Shown here in pieces: positions 8,925 to 18,155 of a stretch of DNA of 43,154 bases. The stretch covers positions 1-43,154 of the IMG/VR virus record IMGVR_UViG_3300032212_000035; one strand, given 5' to 3'. Within the stretch, counting starts at the first letter, position 1. Each line of letters opens with the position of its first letter. This DNA comes from a virus. Its lineage: Duplodnaviria > Caudoviricetes. The translations under genes and the position numbers were made by a program. The notes beneath the pieces are model-generated. The model was not told the origin of the DNA. It made no database searches and saw only the letters and a program-made list of their open reading frames with translations.

Positions 8925-10496
8925 TTACTCTTCAGCAACTGAAACCTCAGGGGTCATATAACCGCGAATATCTTCGCGGGTGAGACCGCGTTGTTCTCGC
9001 GCCTGCTTTTCACGCTGGAGCTGATCCATCTGATCTTCCCAATCTTTACCGCGTGATGCACAGGCATCTTCAAATGTCAGTGTGCCCATATCCATTTCCA
9101 GCTCATCCGCTTTAGCTTCTTTAAGTGGATCAACTGTACCCTTACCTGGACCAATCCAACGGGCTCGACAATAAGCCGCTTTCGCTTCATAAAAATCGGG
9201 GGCACCTGGTGGTAATTCAACTTCACCTTTATCGATTGCCTCTTCAAGCCACAGCGTATAAATCCCTGACGCGAACCGGCCGCCAATTAATTCACGGCGT
9301 GAGGTGAAAAACTTCCAGGCTTCTTGTAAACCTGCTCTTGCACCGCTGTAATTTGTTTTTGTGTAGTCCCGTGATAACTGCTCATAGGTTAGATTCCAGC
9401 CTGCAGCCAGTTCTTTCAAAAACGACTGCTCAAAATCTGCAAAATTGGGTCCCGGGTGTTGCGGTGTAGTGAAATCAAAACTGTCACCCGGGAACAGTCG
9501 CAATACTTTTGAACCGCCAACCTTCACCGCTTTGTCGCCATAAAAAGCAGACGCGCTATTTAACACAGATTTTTGATATTCAGGTAAATCATCCGCGCCC
9601 AAAGTTTCAGCAGCGCGCGCATAATCCATGTCGGTACGCATAATTCCAGCATACAAAGAATTAATAATTGCCGACTCTAAACTCGCATCCTTGAACTTAC
9701 CCAGCTTAAAACTGTTTGCAATAATGGTTGCTAAACCTGTTTTACCACGTGTCTGGCCTGCACGTTCCTGCTCAAAGATATGAATGACTCGTTGCCGACC
9801 CCAGGTCGTTTCACGTGGTACCGATACCCACTCGTGGGTTTTCGCACCGGCAAATCGTCCATCACTTTGTAGCGCACTGCGAATATGATAAGTATGCGCA
9901 GCACCCATGTTATCCATACTCACACCCGCACGAAGTCGATCTGTATCCATTACATTCTGAGGATTACTTAACCGAGTTGGATCAACCATTTGAATCGCCG
10001 TAGAGTAGTTACCGCCGCGACCAGGTAACCATTCACCCAGAGCCAGTATCTCACCGGCTGTTAAATACTGCGTGTAACCTAACAACAACAATCCACCAAA
10101 CCAGTTACGCCGACCTGCATCAATATAACAATCTGGATCTTCACAATAAGCGCGAAACTTTGCTTCAGTATTTCGTGACCATTCCGCCGCCCACTCTACA
10201 TCAAGTCCGAGTAAGCGATAGTTTGGTTTCGCAGAAAGTATCAACCCGGATCCAATGATATTATCTTTATGGATCTGAATGCCGCCAGAGGTGAATGAGT
10301 TATTCCGCTGCAAATCATAACCACGCGCCACCATGGTTTTCATATCGGGCAGCAACTCAGCATCAGCAGAACGTATCGATGGCGACCAGCTCAACATATC
10401 ATTATCATATTGACCGGCCCGGTACCCGGAAGCTTCCGCAAACGGGCGACCGCTCACATCAACAATCGGCGAGGCTGGTGTTTGTGCTGACTTCAT
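8925..10496 (-). CDS. Portal protein (lambda gpB family)
   Basis: 523 aa; GQTRG, YEQLSRDYTKTNYSGARA, WLEEAI, VDPLKE motifs. Confidence 0.95.
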   Translation of the reverse strand: MKSAQTPASPIVDVSGRPFAEASGYRAGQYDNDMLSWSPSIRSADAELLPDMKTMVARGYDLQRNNSFTSGGIQIHKDNIIGSGLILSAKPNYRLLGLDVEWAAEWSRNTEAKFRAYCEDPDCYIDAGRRNWFGGLLLLGYTQYLTAGEILALGEWLPGRGGNYSTAIQMVDPTRLSNPQNVMDTDRLRAGVSMDNMGAAHTYHIRSALQSDGRFAGAKTHEWVSVPRETTWGRQRVIHIFEQERAGQTRGKTGLATIIANSFKLGKFKDASLESAIINSLYAGIMRTDMDYARAAETLGADDLPEYQKSVLNSASAFYGDKAVKVGGSKVLRLFPGDSFDFTTPQHPGPNFADFEQSFLKELAAGWNLTYEQLSRDYTKTNYSGARAGLQEAWKFFTSRRELIGGRFASGIYTLWLEEAIDKGEVELPPGAPDFYEAKAAYCRARWIGPGKGTVDPLKEAKADELEMDMGTLTFEDACASRGKDWEDQMDQLQREKQAREQRGLTREDIRGYMTPEVSVAEE

Positions 10497-10501
10497 CTTA
10501 A

Positions 10502-10714
10502 TTACCCGTAGAAATTAATAGGGCCTGCGTGCCCTTTATTTGGATCACCACACTCTGACTCAAGCTCTGCAATATATCGACGCAACTTACCCATATCAGC
10601 TTGCGCGTATTTATTGGTACGACCTGCAGTGGTTACCTCGACAATCGACTCACCAAGAACCAATGCATGCAACGCATCTTTAGCCGCTACTAATTTTTCT
10701 GGACATGTTGCCAC
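10502..10714 (-). CDS. Head completion protein gpW-like
   Basis: 70 aa between TerL and portal; ALHALVLG...LRRYIAELE. Confidence 0.88.
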   Translation of the reverse strand: MATCPEKLVAAKDALHALVLGESIVEVTTAGRTNKYAQADMGKLRRYIAELESECGDPNKGHAGPINFYG

Positions 10715-10716
10715 GA

Positions 10717-12783
10717 CTAATCCCCGTTAAATAACTGACCAAGGTCAGAAAGACTTTGACTTGTTTTATCTGACTCAGGCTCGCTACCCATCTGCTCTGT
10801 AAACAAGTCCACCTGTTTCAAGCTAACCTCTAACTCATCCCACTGCTTAGGGGTTAATAAATGCACTCGCTTTGCACGTGCTGCGTGCAAGGCGTAAACT
10901 TCACAATCCCATGCCTCAACAGCTCGACCGGACTTTTGTTGCCATACACGGCGATTTCGAATGCTTCGATGAGGCGCTTTGACCTCGCCTGTAATCTGAT
11001 CAAAATAATCTGATCGAATCCCGTCATAATAATGCCAACGACCTCGACCCTCTTTGACCTCTAATTGCATCTGTCCTGCAATCCAGTCCTTGGCTTTGTT
11101 TGTGCCAACGATATAAACCTTTACGCCAAACCGATCCGCCTTGGTTTGCTTTTTGGGGTTTTTATGGTCAACACTTTTTACCCTTGGCGTGACAAATATC
11201 TCCGGGTCCTGCTGACTAGATGAACCCTTACCCGCCATGATCAATACATGCGGATATTTTTTTGTCATCTTTCGCACCCAGGAATAAACCGCATCTGATG
11301 TGGTGCCATCTGATGAGTCAATCGTTATGGCCGATAAATACGTAGACCAACCAGAGCTGCTTTTAATGGGTGAGAATAATAATTGCTCTAATGCATCCCA
11401 CACTTTGTCATTTTTATCGACACAGGTCTCTTCTGCCAGAAGCTCATCCCAATAAATATTCCAGGACTCTTCATTTCGTCCCCAGGCACGTTTTACAACT
11501 GCCACACGGTTATGCTGAATATCAACACCCGCAGTAACGAGTAAACCACCATCAGGTACCACATGATGCTCATAATCAAGCGCAGCTTCTCGCAAAATAT
11601 CTGGCGCTGCCTGATCACCTTTAAACTCATAGGGCTTACCGCGTTTCTGGTTATCAAACTTGATACGCTTGGTTTCGTCACCCAGTGAGGCCTGGTACTC
11701 TGCGCTGAGATAATCACGAACCAGCTCAGCCATACCTGCGCCAGGTAAGCAGCTATACACCTCACCCAGCTCCATAAAACCAGCGCGACCATGAAAAGGC
11801 TTAGTGGCTACCCAGCCACAATTTTTATCACCATCTTGAATCGCTGAATAAACCGTACTTCGAATATTTTTTTTACGCTGATAGTCGTCCCACTCTGAAT
11901 CGCAATGCGGGCAAACATAAAGCGCTGTGTCTGGCTGAGCAAAACCATAAACCTCATGGCGCTGCATCTGAATTTCACCGGTATCAGGATCAGTTTTTAC
12001 ATCTTCACCTTTACCGACCCAGTGCACGTGATCAAAATCCAGCACATGTTTTTCGCCACACTCATGACAAGCAATGGGAAGCACTCGCGCATCCGATAAA
12101 TTAACGCGCTGCTCAGTGCGTGATAAACCTTTTAAGGCTGGCGTCCCTCCCACAATTAACTTAGAACCGGCGTAGCGCTTTAAGCGCTCCTCGATCAAAC
12201 TCATCGAGTCGCCCTGCTCTTTTACATTCTCCGAGGTATCATCGGGCTCTTCAACAACTGCCACGCCAACCGATGATGTTGACTTCACATTGCCAGGTGA
12301 ATTTGACCCGACCATCTTCAAAAAGCCATTGATAAACCGCTTAAAATCCCAACGGTTTCCAGACTTACGACTGGTGGAAACGTCAATCAATCCTGTTAAT
12401 GCTTTATTGACAGGAATCGTGGGTACCAGCTTTTCATCATGAAACGCTTTACCGTCTTTTTCTTTCGCAAACAGCACCATGATAGGACACTGTTTTCCGG
12501 TACTAGCCTCCTTAATTCGCTTACAGATATAAGCGATCAAAAAATATGTCCAGCCAATTTGTGCGGCTTTCATGAGGTCGACCTCTTCAACCTCGATATC
12601 ATCTAACGCAGCTGCGACCCCTAAAAAATACGGGGTATAATCAAAGCTGTATAAACCGTCGATGTCACCACTTTCAGATGGCAAATAAAAACTATTACTA
12701 ATCCAGTCAGCCGTCGGTTCCGTTTTCGGTGGCGAGAACTTCATCGATGCTCTCAATAAGATCGCGGCCAAGCTCTTGCGCAT
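10717..12783 (-). CDS. Terminase large subunit (lambda gpA family)
   Basis: Walker A-like KAAQIGWT, GGTP coupling motif, Zn-ribbon CxxC pairs, AGVDIQ nuclease, EAWDCEVYA; start uncertain (12783 or 12816). Confidence 0.95.
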   Translation of the reverse strand: MRKSLAAILLRASMKFSPPKTEPTADWISNSFYLPSESGDIDGLYSFDYTPYFLGVAAALDDIEVEEVDLMKAAQIGWTYFLIAYICKRIKEASTGKQCPIMVLFAKEKDGKAFHDEKLVPTIPVNKALTGLIDVSTSRKSGNRWDFKRFINGFLKMVGSNSPGNVKSTSSVGVAVVEEPDDTSENVKEQGDSMSLIEERLKRYAGSKLIVGGTPALKGLSRTEQRVNLSDARVLPIACHECGEKHVLDFDHVHWVGKGEDVKTDPDTGEIQMQRHEVYGFAQPDTALYVCPHCDSEWDDYQRKKNIRSTVYSAIQDGDKNCGWVATKPFHGRAGFMELGEVYSCLPGAGMAELVRDYLSAEYQASLGDETKRIKFDNQKRGKPYEFKGDQAAPDILREAALDYEHHVVPDGGLLVTAGVDIQHNRVAVVKRAWGRNEESWNIYWDELLAEETCVDKNDKVWDALEQLLFSPIKSSSGWSTYLSAITIDSSDGTTSDAVYSWVRKMTKKYPHVLIMAGKGSSSQQDPEIFVTPRVKSVDHKNPKKQTKADRFGVKVYIVGTNKAKDWIAGQMQLEVKEGRGRWHYYDGIRSDYFDQITGEVKAPHRSIRNRRVWQQKSGRAVEAWDCEVYALHAARAKRVHLLTPKQWDELEVSLKQVDLFTEQMGSEPESDKTSQSLSDLGQLFNGD

Positions 12784-13216
12784 GATCTTTAATTCTTTCG
12801 ACTGTAGGCCCAGCAATGTCTTCCACCAATTTATTATCTACACTGATTTTGTAACGACTCTCTATTTCACTAATCAAACGAGATAACCCAGAAATATATT
12901 CTCGATTCGCATATCCAGACCATCGCCCAAGTACGTCTTCAGCATCACTAGCATCAATCACGCTTCCAATTTCACGATTGTATTGTAGCGATTTTAATGC
13001 CGTATCAACCACTGCCTGATCTGCTCGTGCGCGTGTTAAATTAACCTGGTCATTACCACCACGACCGGCAGACTTTTCACGAAGATCGCGAATATAGGCA
13101 AGCCGAATATCGTCCATAGTCAGAACTGTCCAGTCCAGCGCCAGTGCTTTAAGCACATCACGCACTCGACGCTCTGAAATGTCTAAATGATCAGCGATTT
13201 CTAACTGTGTAGGCAT
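12707..13216 (-). CDS. Terminase small subunit (Nu1-like)
   Basis: Probable start MPTQLEIADHLDISERRVR (HTH); coiled coil; overlaps TerL. Confidence 0.88.
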   Translation of the reverse strand: MPTQLEIADHLDISERRVRDVLKALALDWTVLTMDDIRLAYIRDLREKSAGRGGNDQVNLTRARADQAVVDTALKSLQYNREIGSVIDASDAEDVLGRWSGYANREYISGLSRLISEIESRYKISVDNKLVEDIAGPTVERIKDHAQELGRDLIESIDEVLATENGTDG

Positions 13217-13273
13217 AACTATCAGAGTTCCAGAACCGGAACCCCCTATAGGATTTTGTATCTGTAAAATAAA

Positions 13274-13318
13274 CGCGACTCGAATTACCCGTGGGCCTGA
13301 TACCCTCAAGAAGGACCC
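13274..13318 (-). other. Putative cos site (cosQ + cosN)
   Basis: Minus strand GGGTCCT-N19-ACG-GGTAATTCGAGT-CGCG parallels lambda GGGTCCT...ACG-GGGCGGCGACCT-CGCG, just upstream of terS. Confidence 0.75.
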
Positions 13319-13342
13319 AAAACATTATTTATATAAGTCGCT

Positions 13343-13936
13343 TCATCTTGCTGATTCAAGCGCTGAACGTAGACGCTTATGCATGTGCTTATTAAATCTA
13401 TTCTTAACAACACCGGCCACTATTTTCTGAAAAGGAAAGCGCGCTTTATACTCCACGCTCTTTTCAAATGCAGTGACCAACTTAAGCGCACGACCTCGAC
13501 GCCCCGACCTTTCCCATACACCACTAATCCCTTTGATCGTAGCAATGAATTGATTCTTCTTTTTAACCAGGCCCTTGCGTCTCCCTGGGATATTACCGAA
13601 CTTATTTAACCTGGCGTTTACTGGTACACCCGTGCCTTTACCAGACGCTGTACGAGTACCGCCTTCAATCTGATATTTAAGATAGTCATAAGCCCAGGGC
13701 AATATGAACACTTCACCAACCAGGTGGCGCTTATTGGATCGTTTAACTCTGAATGAATTGACTGTTGATTTAGTAGGTCTGTCCAGCTTTGCAGAAGCTT
13801 GCACTTTCAATGCTTTCTGTGCATCCAATGTTGTATCATTAATTGCCTGACTGGCTGCAAAAGGGATTTGCTTTCGCGCTATGCTATTCATTGACCGAAT
13901 AACATCATCAATGTTTGATTGAATAGAGATATTCAC
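13343..13936 (-). CDS. Basic phage morphogenesis protein (minor tail gpZ-like)
   Basis: KQIPFAASQAINDT N-terminus, very basic, 197 aa. Confidence 0.6.
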   Translation of the reverse strand: MNISIQSNIDDVIRSMNSIARKQIPFAASQAINDTTLDAQKALKVQASAKLDRPTKSTVNSFRVKRSNKRHLVGEVFILPWAYDYLKYQIEGGTRTASGKGTGVPVNARLNKFGNIPGRRKGLVKKKNQFIATIKGISGVWERSGRRGRALKLVTAFEKSVEYKARFPFQKIVAGVVKNRFNKHMHKRLRSALESAR

Positions 13937-13973
13937 TTATCAAAACCCCACGCGCAGTAATCGCGCAGCTTAG

Positions 13974-14720
13974 CTACCAACCTGCATTATTAACGAGCGC
14001 ATTATAATCTGCGTCCGCCATATCTTGTAACGTGACTGAGTACGGGTGAAAGCCGTCATACGTTGGGCCAATACCTAAATCATGAAGGTTAGCACCTTCA
14101 AAGACGTTCGGATTATCAGCAAAGTGTTCGATAACCTGCTTAACCGCAGGACTTCCAACATCTGTCATCCAGGCATTTAAGTTAGGCGCACTAAGCGTAA
14201 AAGCAACAATTACTTTATAGCCTTGATTTAAACACCAATTAACATAACAGATATAACCATCTCTAAAATTAGCCAGGGTTTCACCTTGCCCGCCATCACG
14301 TTGGCCAATCGATACATAAACCCATTTTTCCCAATGCTTTGAAATAGCATCCAGGCCAGTCTTGACTACATTTGCACGCAGTAAATTATTCGTACCCGCT
14401 GCATCAAGTAGACCCGAATCACGATCAAATAGAGCCGGATCACCACACCAGTTATCCGAGGTAGTAATGCCTTTATTTGTTATTGACGTAGAACCAAATG
14501 CCGCGTTAACAAAACGCATATGTATATCACGCTCAAGGGCCATTCTTGAACTCAATAAAGGCCAGCGACTACCACCTGAACCATTCGGTGCGATTGGATC
14601 ACTAACTGGTGGCCCTGCGTATGATCGTTGCAACGCATCAGCACCACCATTCTCAACCTTTCCGAACCCCAATTCCGTTGATTGGGCCGCGCCAATAGCT
14701 AACGCGATATTGCGTCTCAT
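13974..14720 (-). CDS. Putative SGNH/GDSL-type hydrolase (esterase)
   Basis: Degenerate blocks: GAAQST, VNAAFGSTS, SIGQRD, DGFHP (DxxH). Confidence 0.6.
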   Translation of the reverse strand: MRRNIALAIGAAQSTELGFGKVENGGADALQRSYAGPPVSDPIAPNGSGGSRWPLLSSRMALERDIHMRFVNAAFGSTSITNKGITTSDNWCGDPALFDRDSGLLDAAGTNNLLRANVVKTGLDAISKHWEKWVYVSIGQRDGGQGETLANFRDGYICYVNWCLNQGYKVIVAFTLSAPNLNAWMTDVGSPAVKQVIEHFADNPNVFEGANLHDLGIGPTYDGFHPYSVTLQDMADADYNALVNNAGW

Positions 14721-15505
14721 GGCAAAACTTTATCCGTTATTGGAAATCGTGGCTGACTGAACGACTGATCTATAATGCTTTGTAGATTACTCGGCAAGCC
14801 ACCATCGAAAACAAGTGCCTCTACATCATTAAACTGCGCAGCCCAAGGTGCTGTTGATTTGTTCTGCGCTCCAAAGACTAAATCCTGATTTACGAGCGTT
14901 GGTGTGTTTGGAGTTTCAGTTAATGCGTCAACCGCATCATAGTGACCGGATATATCGATGCCTGGCCCTGCCGGGGCGGTATCAAGGTATGTGTAAAGCA
15001 TACGGCTCAATGCGTCAAACGCAAATACACACTGATGCTTACCTCCATCCATCGCCAATATCTTTTCTGCGTTATAGGCGTTAGCAACGCTTAAATATCT
15101 GAGCTTTGGATATATATTGCCTAAATTATCCGTTCTGATTGATAGGCCAATATCTGCGATTGCTGATTCACAACTAATAACCGCACCAAATGCCGCTGGG
15201 TTCGCAAGCTTTATATCGAACTTCAATACCAAACTTTGGCTTGTGCCATCCCATGTAAACTTGTTAGCAGGAATTGAAACCACATGACCGGCTAAAGTTC
15301 CGATTGTAAATGCGCCCGCATTGGCCCAGCAAGCTGCATCAGTAAGGGAATTCAACACACCATGCGCGCCATTACCTGATTCATCAACTACAGCACCTGA
15401 CCCTATACCCTGGACGCCTCGAAGCCAAAATTTATATTTTGGAGACAAAGTTAAATCTTTTCTCCATCTGGAAGTGACGCCCCGACTCATGATGCGATCT
15501 TCCAT
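14717..15505 (-). CDS. LamG/concanavalin-like lectin domain protein
   Basis: VVDESGNGAHGVL, DGGKHQCVFAFD...YTYLD pattern typical of LamG-like domains. Confidence 0.65.
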   Translation of the reverse strand: MEDRIMSRGVTSRWRKDLTLSPKYKFWLRGVQGIGSGAVVDESGNGAHGVLNSLTDAACWANAGAFTIGTLAGHVVSIPANKFTWDGTSQSLVLKFDIKLANPAAFGAVISCESAIADIGLSIRTDNLGNIYPKLRYLSVANAYNAEKILAMDGGKHQCVFAFDALSRMLYTYLDTAPAGPGIDISGHYDAVDALTETPNTPTLVNQDLVFGAQNKSTAPWAAQFNDVEALVFDGGLPSNLQSIIDQSFSQPRFPITDKVLP

Positions 15506-15894
15506 TCAACAATGAATTTGCTGGTGCTGGTTTCAGCAACCAACGACTTGAAGTCAAGGCGTGTTATTTCTGTTGATTCAGTGAACGTCCAGTCCTTACT
15601 AAATCCTAATGGAATCTGAGGCGTATCACCCGTGTTAATCAGTGCCTCGCCTGCGGTTGCGTTGGCTTCATCGATTGCGATAGCAATGGCCACACCTGCG
15701 GCGGCGGCTGTGTTTAAATAAGTAACTTCCAGCGCAATAGCACCCGCTGGAATATCCAGGCTTTGCAAAACATTCGTTACATTATCGTATGTCTTAGCAT
15801 GCCAAGTACCAGGCAAATCATTAGCGCTCATGGTGATTGGATAACCGCTTGCGTCATACCCAGGTACATTCTTGTATCGCAGATTCTCAGCCAT
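15487..15894 (-). CDS. Hypothetical beta-rich protein
   Basis: 135 aa, AGGA RBS, coupled to neighbours. Confidence 0.7.
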   Translation of the reverse strand: MAENLRYKNVPGYDASGYPITMSANDLPGTWHAKTYDNVTNVLQSLDIPAGAIALEVTYLNTAAAAGVAIAIAIDEANATAGEALINTGDTPQIPLGFSKDWTFTESTEITRLDFKSLVAETSTSKFIVEWKIAS

Positions 15895-15905
15895 TATCGT
15901 TTCCT

Positions 15906-16205
15906 TTACCGCTTAAACGCGGGCTTATAAATATCGTCGTAGATTTTAGTCACACGCTGATCAACGTTATCAACCTTTTGCTCCAGGGCTTTCATTTCGC
16001 TTTTCATCACCTGAACCGTTCCCCAGAGCACAATGCCCGCCGTTAGCCCAGAAATGAGTAAAGCCTCAATGATTCGCTGAATATTCATTTTGGTTGTCTG
16101 CCCTTTCGCCAGCATAAACGGTAACTGTCTCCAGCTATCTGGTAATCTTGCGTGTTGCTTGTTGTAATGACCACTGCTATTAATTATTGTTTTCACGAAT
16201 ACCAA
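15906..16205 (-). CDS. Single-TM plus coiled-coil protein, possible holin/lysis accessory
   Basis: IIEALLISGLTAGIVLWGTV transmembrane segment followed by coiled coil; after endolysin candidate; start uncertain. Confidence 0.5.
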   Translation of the reverse strand: MVFVKTIINSSGHYNKQHARLPDSWRQLPFMLAKGQTTKMNIQRIIEALLISGLTAGIVLWGTVQVMKSEMKALEQKVDNVDQRVTKIYDDIYKPAFKR

Positions 16206-16276
16206 CCAGTTATGTTACACAAACAGAACGGAGCAATTGTGATTGCTCGAATTTAATGACGGCTGCAATAATTGAT

Positions 16277-16714
16277 TTATAACCCTTCATAAATCATCTC
16301 CACATTCTTATGAAAAACGATGCAAATAGAAATCTCATCGTCTTTTTCTGTTAATGCCATCAATTCATCAAATGCTACTTTTGAATTCTGAACCGCCCAT
16401 TCGTTATTAACGATTCCAAGCTCTTTACCAACAGCAATACAACCGACAACATCTCTCATTGTGTTGCCTTTATGAATCTGTATATATGTTCTGTGCGGTA
16501 CTTTATTGAACTGCCAAACCGTGCCGCGACCTGGTGTCGGTGAATCGTATTTTCTAAGCGAGTAGCACCCCTCAGGAATGCATGAAATATTGGATTTGTT
16601 TGCAAGCCAAGGCCGTTCTACCGTGTACCAGGTATGCTCACCCCGGCGTAATACACCGAATGTTCCCATGGGTGTATACGCAAATCGCTCTAAGACAAAA
16701 GCCATAACATTCAC
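16277..16714 (-). CDS. DUF5675-like putative endolysin
   Basis: LERF...TFGVL...YTVERPW...SCIPEG...VPHRTYIQIHKGN...GCIAVG; first gene after late promoter. Confidence 0.8.
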   Translation of the reverse strand: MNVMAFVLERFAYTPMGTFGVLRRGEHTWYTVERPWLANKSNISCIPEGCYSLRKYDSPTPGRGTVWQFNKVPHRTYIQIHKGNTMRDVVGCIAVGKELGIVNNEWAVQNSKVAFDELMALTEKDDEISICIVFHKNVEMIYEGL

Positions 16715-16718
16715 CCAT

Positions 16719-16746
16719 AAAAAAGGCCCGACTAAAAAGCCGGGCC
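16719..16746 (-). terminator. Late-leader terminator 2
   Basis: GGCCCGGCT-tttt-AGTCGGGCC then T run on minus strand. Confidence 0.7.
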
Positions 16747-16789
16747 AATGTATTCACAATAGAGGAAATCAACAATCCATCCAAAACAA

Positions 16790-16821
16790 GAAAGCCCGAC
16801 TAAAAATAGTCGGGCTTTCTT
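16790..16821 (-). terminator. Late-leader terminator 1 (tR'-like)
   Basis: GAAAGCCCGACTA-aaa-TAGTCGGGCTTTC perfect hairpin. Confidence 0.75.
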
Positions 16822-16849
16822 TGGGGGTGTTTATGATAGATTAGCTGAG

Positions 16850-16878
16850 AAGATACATAAACTGTCCGGCAACGTCAA
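16850..16878 (-). promoter_or_regulatory. Late promoter pR'-like
   Basis: TTGACG-N17-TATCTT overlapping the stop of the Q-like gene, upstream of two terminators. Confidence 0.7.
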
Positions 16879-17243
16879 GCGCTTTTCTGCAACTTAGTAA
16901 AATTTCTAATTGAAACCAGGTAACTCAATACAAATGTTTCGCCGCATCGCTTCATATCGCAATACATTGTGCGCTTTATATTTAACCGATCCGCCCCCTC
17001 CCTTGCACTGTTTTCAAAATAATAGTCTTGCTCAATAACTTTATAGGCAAGTTTCACTTCACGTTTCAAGTGCGTCAATATTTCTTCAATGACTTCAGCC
17101 TCTTCATCATCATACTCTTCATCACGCATTGAACCAGGTGAAAAACCCGATTTAATATCCAAATTAGCTTCTTTTGTTGCCCGTAACCACCTACCCCAGG
17201 CGTTTAATTTAATACGAACTTCATTAAACTCATCATGCTGCAT
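16875..17243 (-). CDS. Late antiterminator Q-like protein
   Basis: LNAWGRW motif, C-terminal HTH; probable start MQHDE; position before lysis genes. Confidence 0.75.
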   Translation of the reverse strand: MQHDEFNEVRIKLNAWGRWLRATKEANLDIKSGFSPGSMRDEEYDDEEAEVIEEILTHLKREVKLAYKVIEQDYYFENSAREGADRLNIKRTMYCDMKRCGETFVLSYLVSIRNFTKLQKSA

Positions 17244-17460
17244 CTTGATTAGCGCCACGACTTTCCCCTTCATCATATAACCACTCATTGCAATAAATCG
17301 GTTTTGGATAATTACCTGGTATAGAGCATACAACCGCATCAAAAGCCAACGCCCGTAAATCTCTCAAAGAGCAGGCCTTGCAACCTTCAGTGCGTTTAAT
17401 TTCGTACAACTGTTGACGCTCAAGCACATCCTGCGGGTTTTTAGATATTTGATTTATCAT
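17233..17460 (-). CDS. Hypothetical Cys-containing protein
   Basis: 75 aa, NPQDVLER...GCKAC; coupled to neighbours. Confidence 0.65.
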   Translation of the reverse strand: MINQISKNPQDVLERQQLYEIKRTEGCKACSLRDLRALAFDAVVCSIPGNYPKPIYCNEWLYDEGESRGANQDAA

Positions 17461-17694
17461 TTATCCTGCCTTTTTCTGTAACGAGTAATAGTGATCTTCA
17501 CAGGCTTTCTCTGCCGCCTTAAGCTTCTGCTTATCAGTGCCTTTTTTAAAATAACCCAGGCATACCCGGTCATTAATCCATTTGCCGAATCTCGATGGCG
17601 AATACCAGGCAGCATACACTTTCGCGCAATCAGGACCATAGGAGCAACGCCGATAACACCCAACCTGCTTGTAGTACTGATGAGGCATTAGCAC
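17461..17694 (-). CDS. Hypothetical protein
   Basis: 77 aa, tiles the operon between P-like gene and 17460. Confidence 0.6.
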   Translation of the reverse strand: MLMPHQYYKQVGCYRRCSYGPDCAKVYAAWYSPSRFGKWINDRVCLGYFKKGTDKQKLKAAEKACEDHYYSLQKKAG

Positions 17695-18155
17695 AAAATC
17701 TCTTTAAGTTTCTGCCGATACTCTGCCGCATATTCTTTTGTAGAGGCTTTTTCAACAAGCGCCATTCGAGGCCTATGTGCTCTAACCGGCCTGTTTTGCA
17801 CGCAGATATAAATAAATTCTTGTAGCTCAGGTGGCCATGGGTCTTTTCGCATTACCGTTGCACGCAGACCTAATTTAATATTTTCATAGCTTACGTTCTT
17901 TAGCGTATCAAACCAGATCTGAAACGTATCACCATCAATCACGCCTAAATTACGCTGTGCTTTGCCGCCATAAAATTTTGTGAACTGGCCCCATAACCAC
18001 ATCATTGACTTACGGTGCTGATCAATCTTGGCCTTCTGACATGTCGAGCTCGTGTTTTTCTGCGTAGCGCATTGCTGCCTCTTGCTGCTCTCGCAAGAAG
18101 CTGCCTGCTGCGCCGTGCTTACCGCCTTCTGACTTAACTTGCCTATTGATTCCAT
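17688..18155 (-). CDS. Replication protein P-like / helicase loader
   Basis: W...YG...W...L...I..G......PWPPELQEFI pattern; follows initiator; start uncertain. Confidence 0.7.
   Translation of the reverse strand: MESIGKLSQKAVSTAQQAASCESSKRQQCATQKNTSSTCQKAKIDQHRKSMMWLWGQFTKFYGGKAQRNLGVIDGDTFQIWFDTLKNVSYENIKLGLRATVMRKDPWPPELQEFIYICVQNRPVRAHRPRMALVEKASTKEYAAEYRQKLKEILC

Noticed and set aside
125-16046. Many plus-strand ORFs in the ORF track opposite structural genes
   Set aside because: Antisense shadows of well-supported minus-strand genes, with no recognisable motifs
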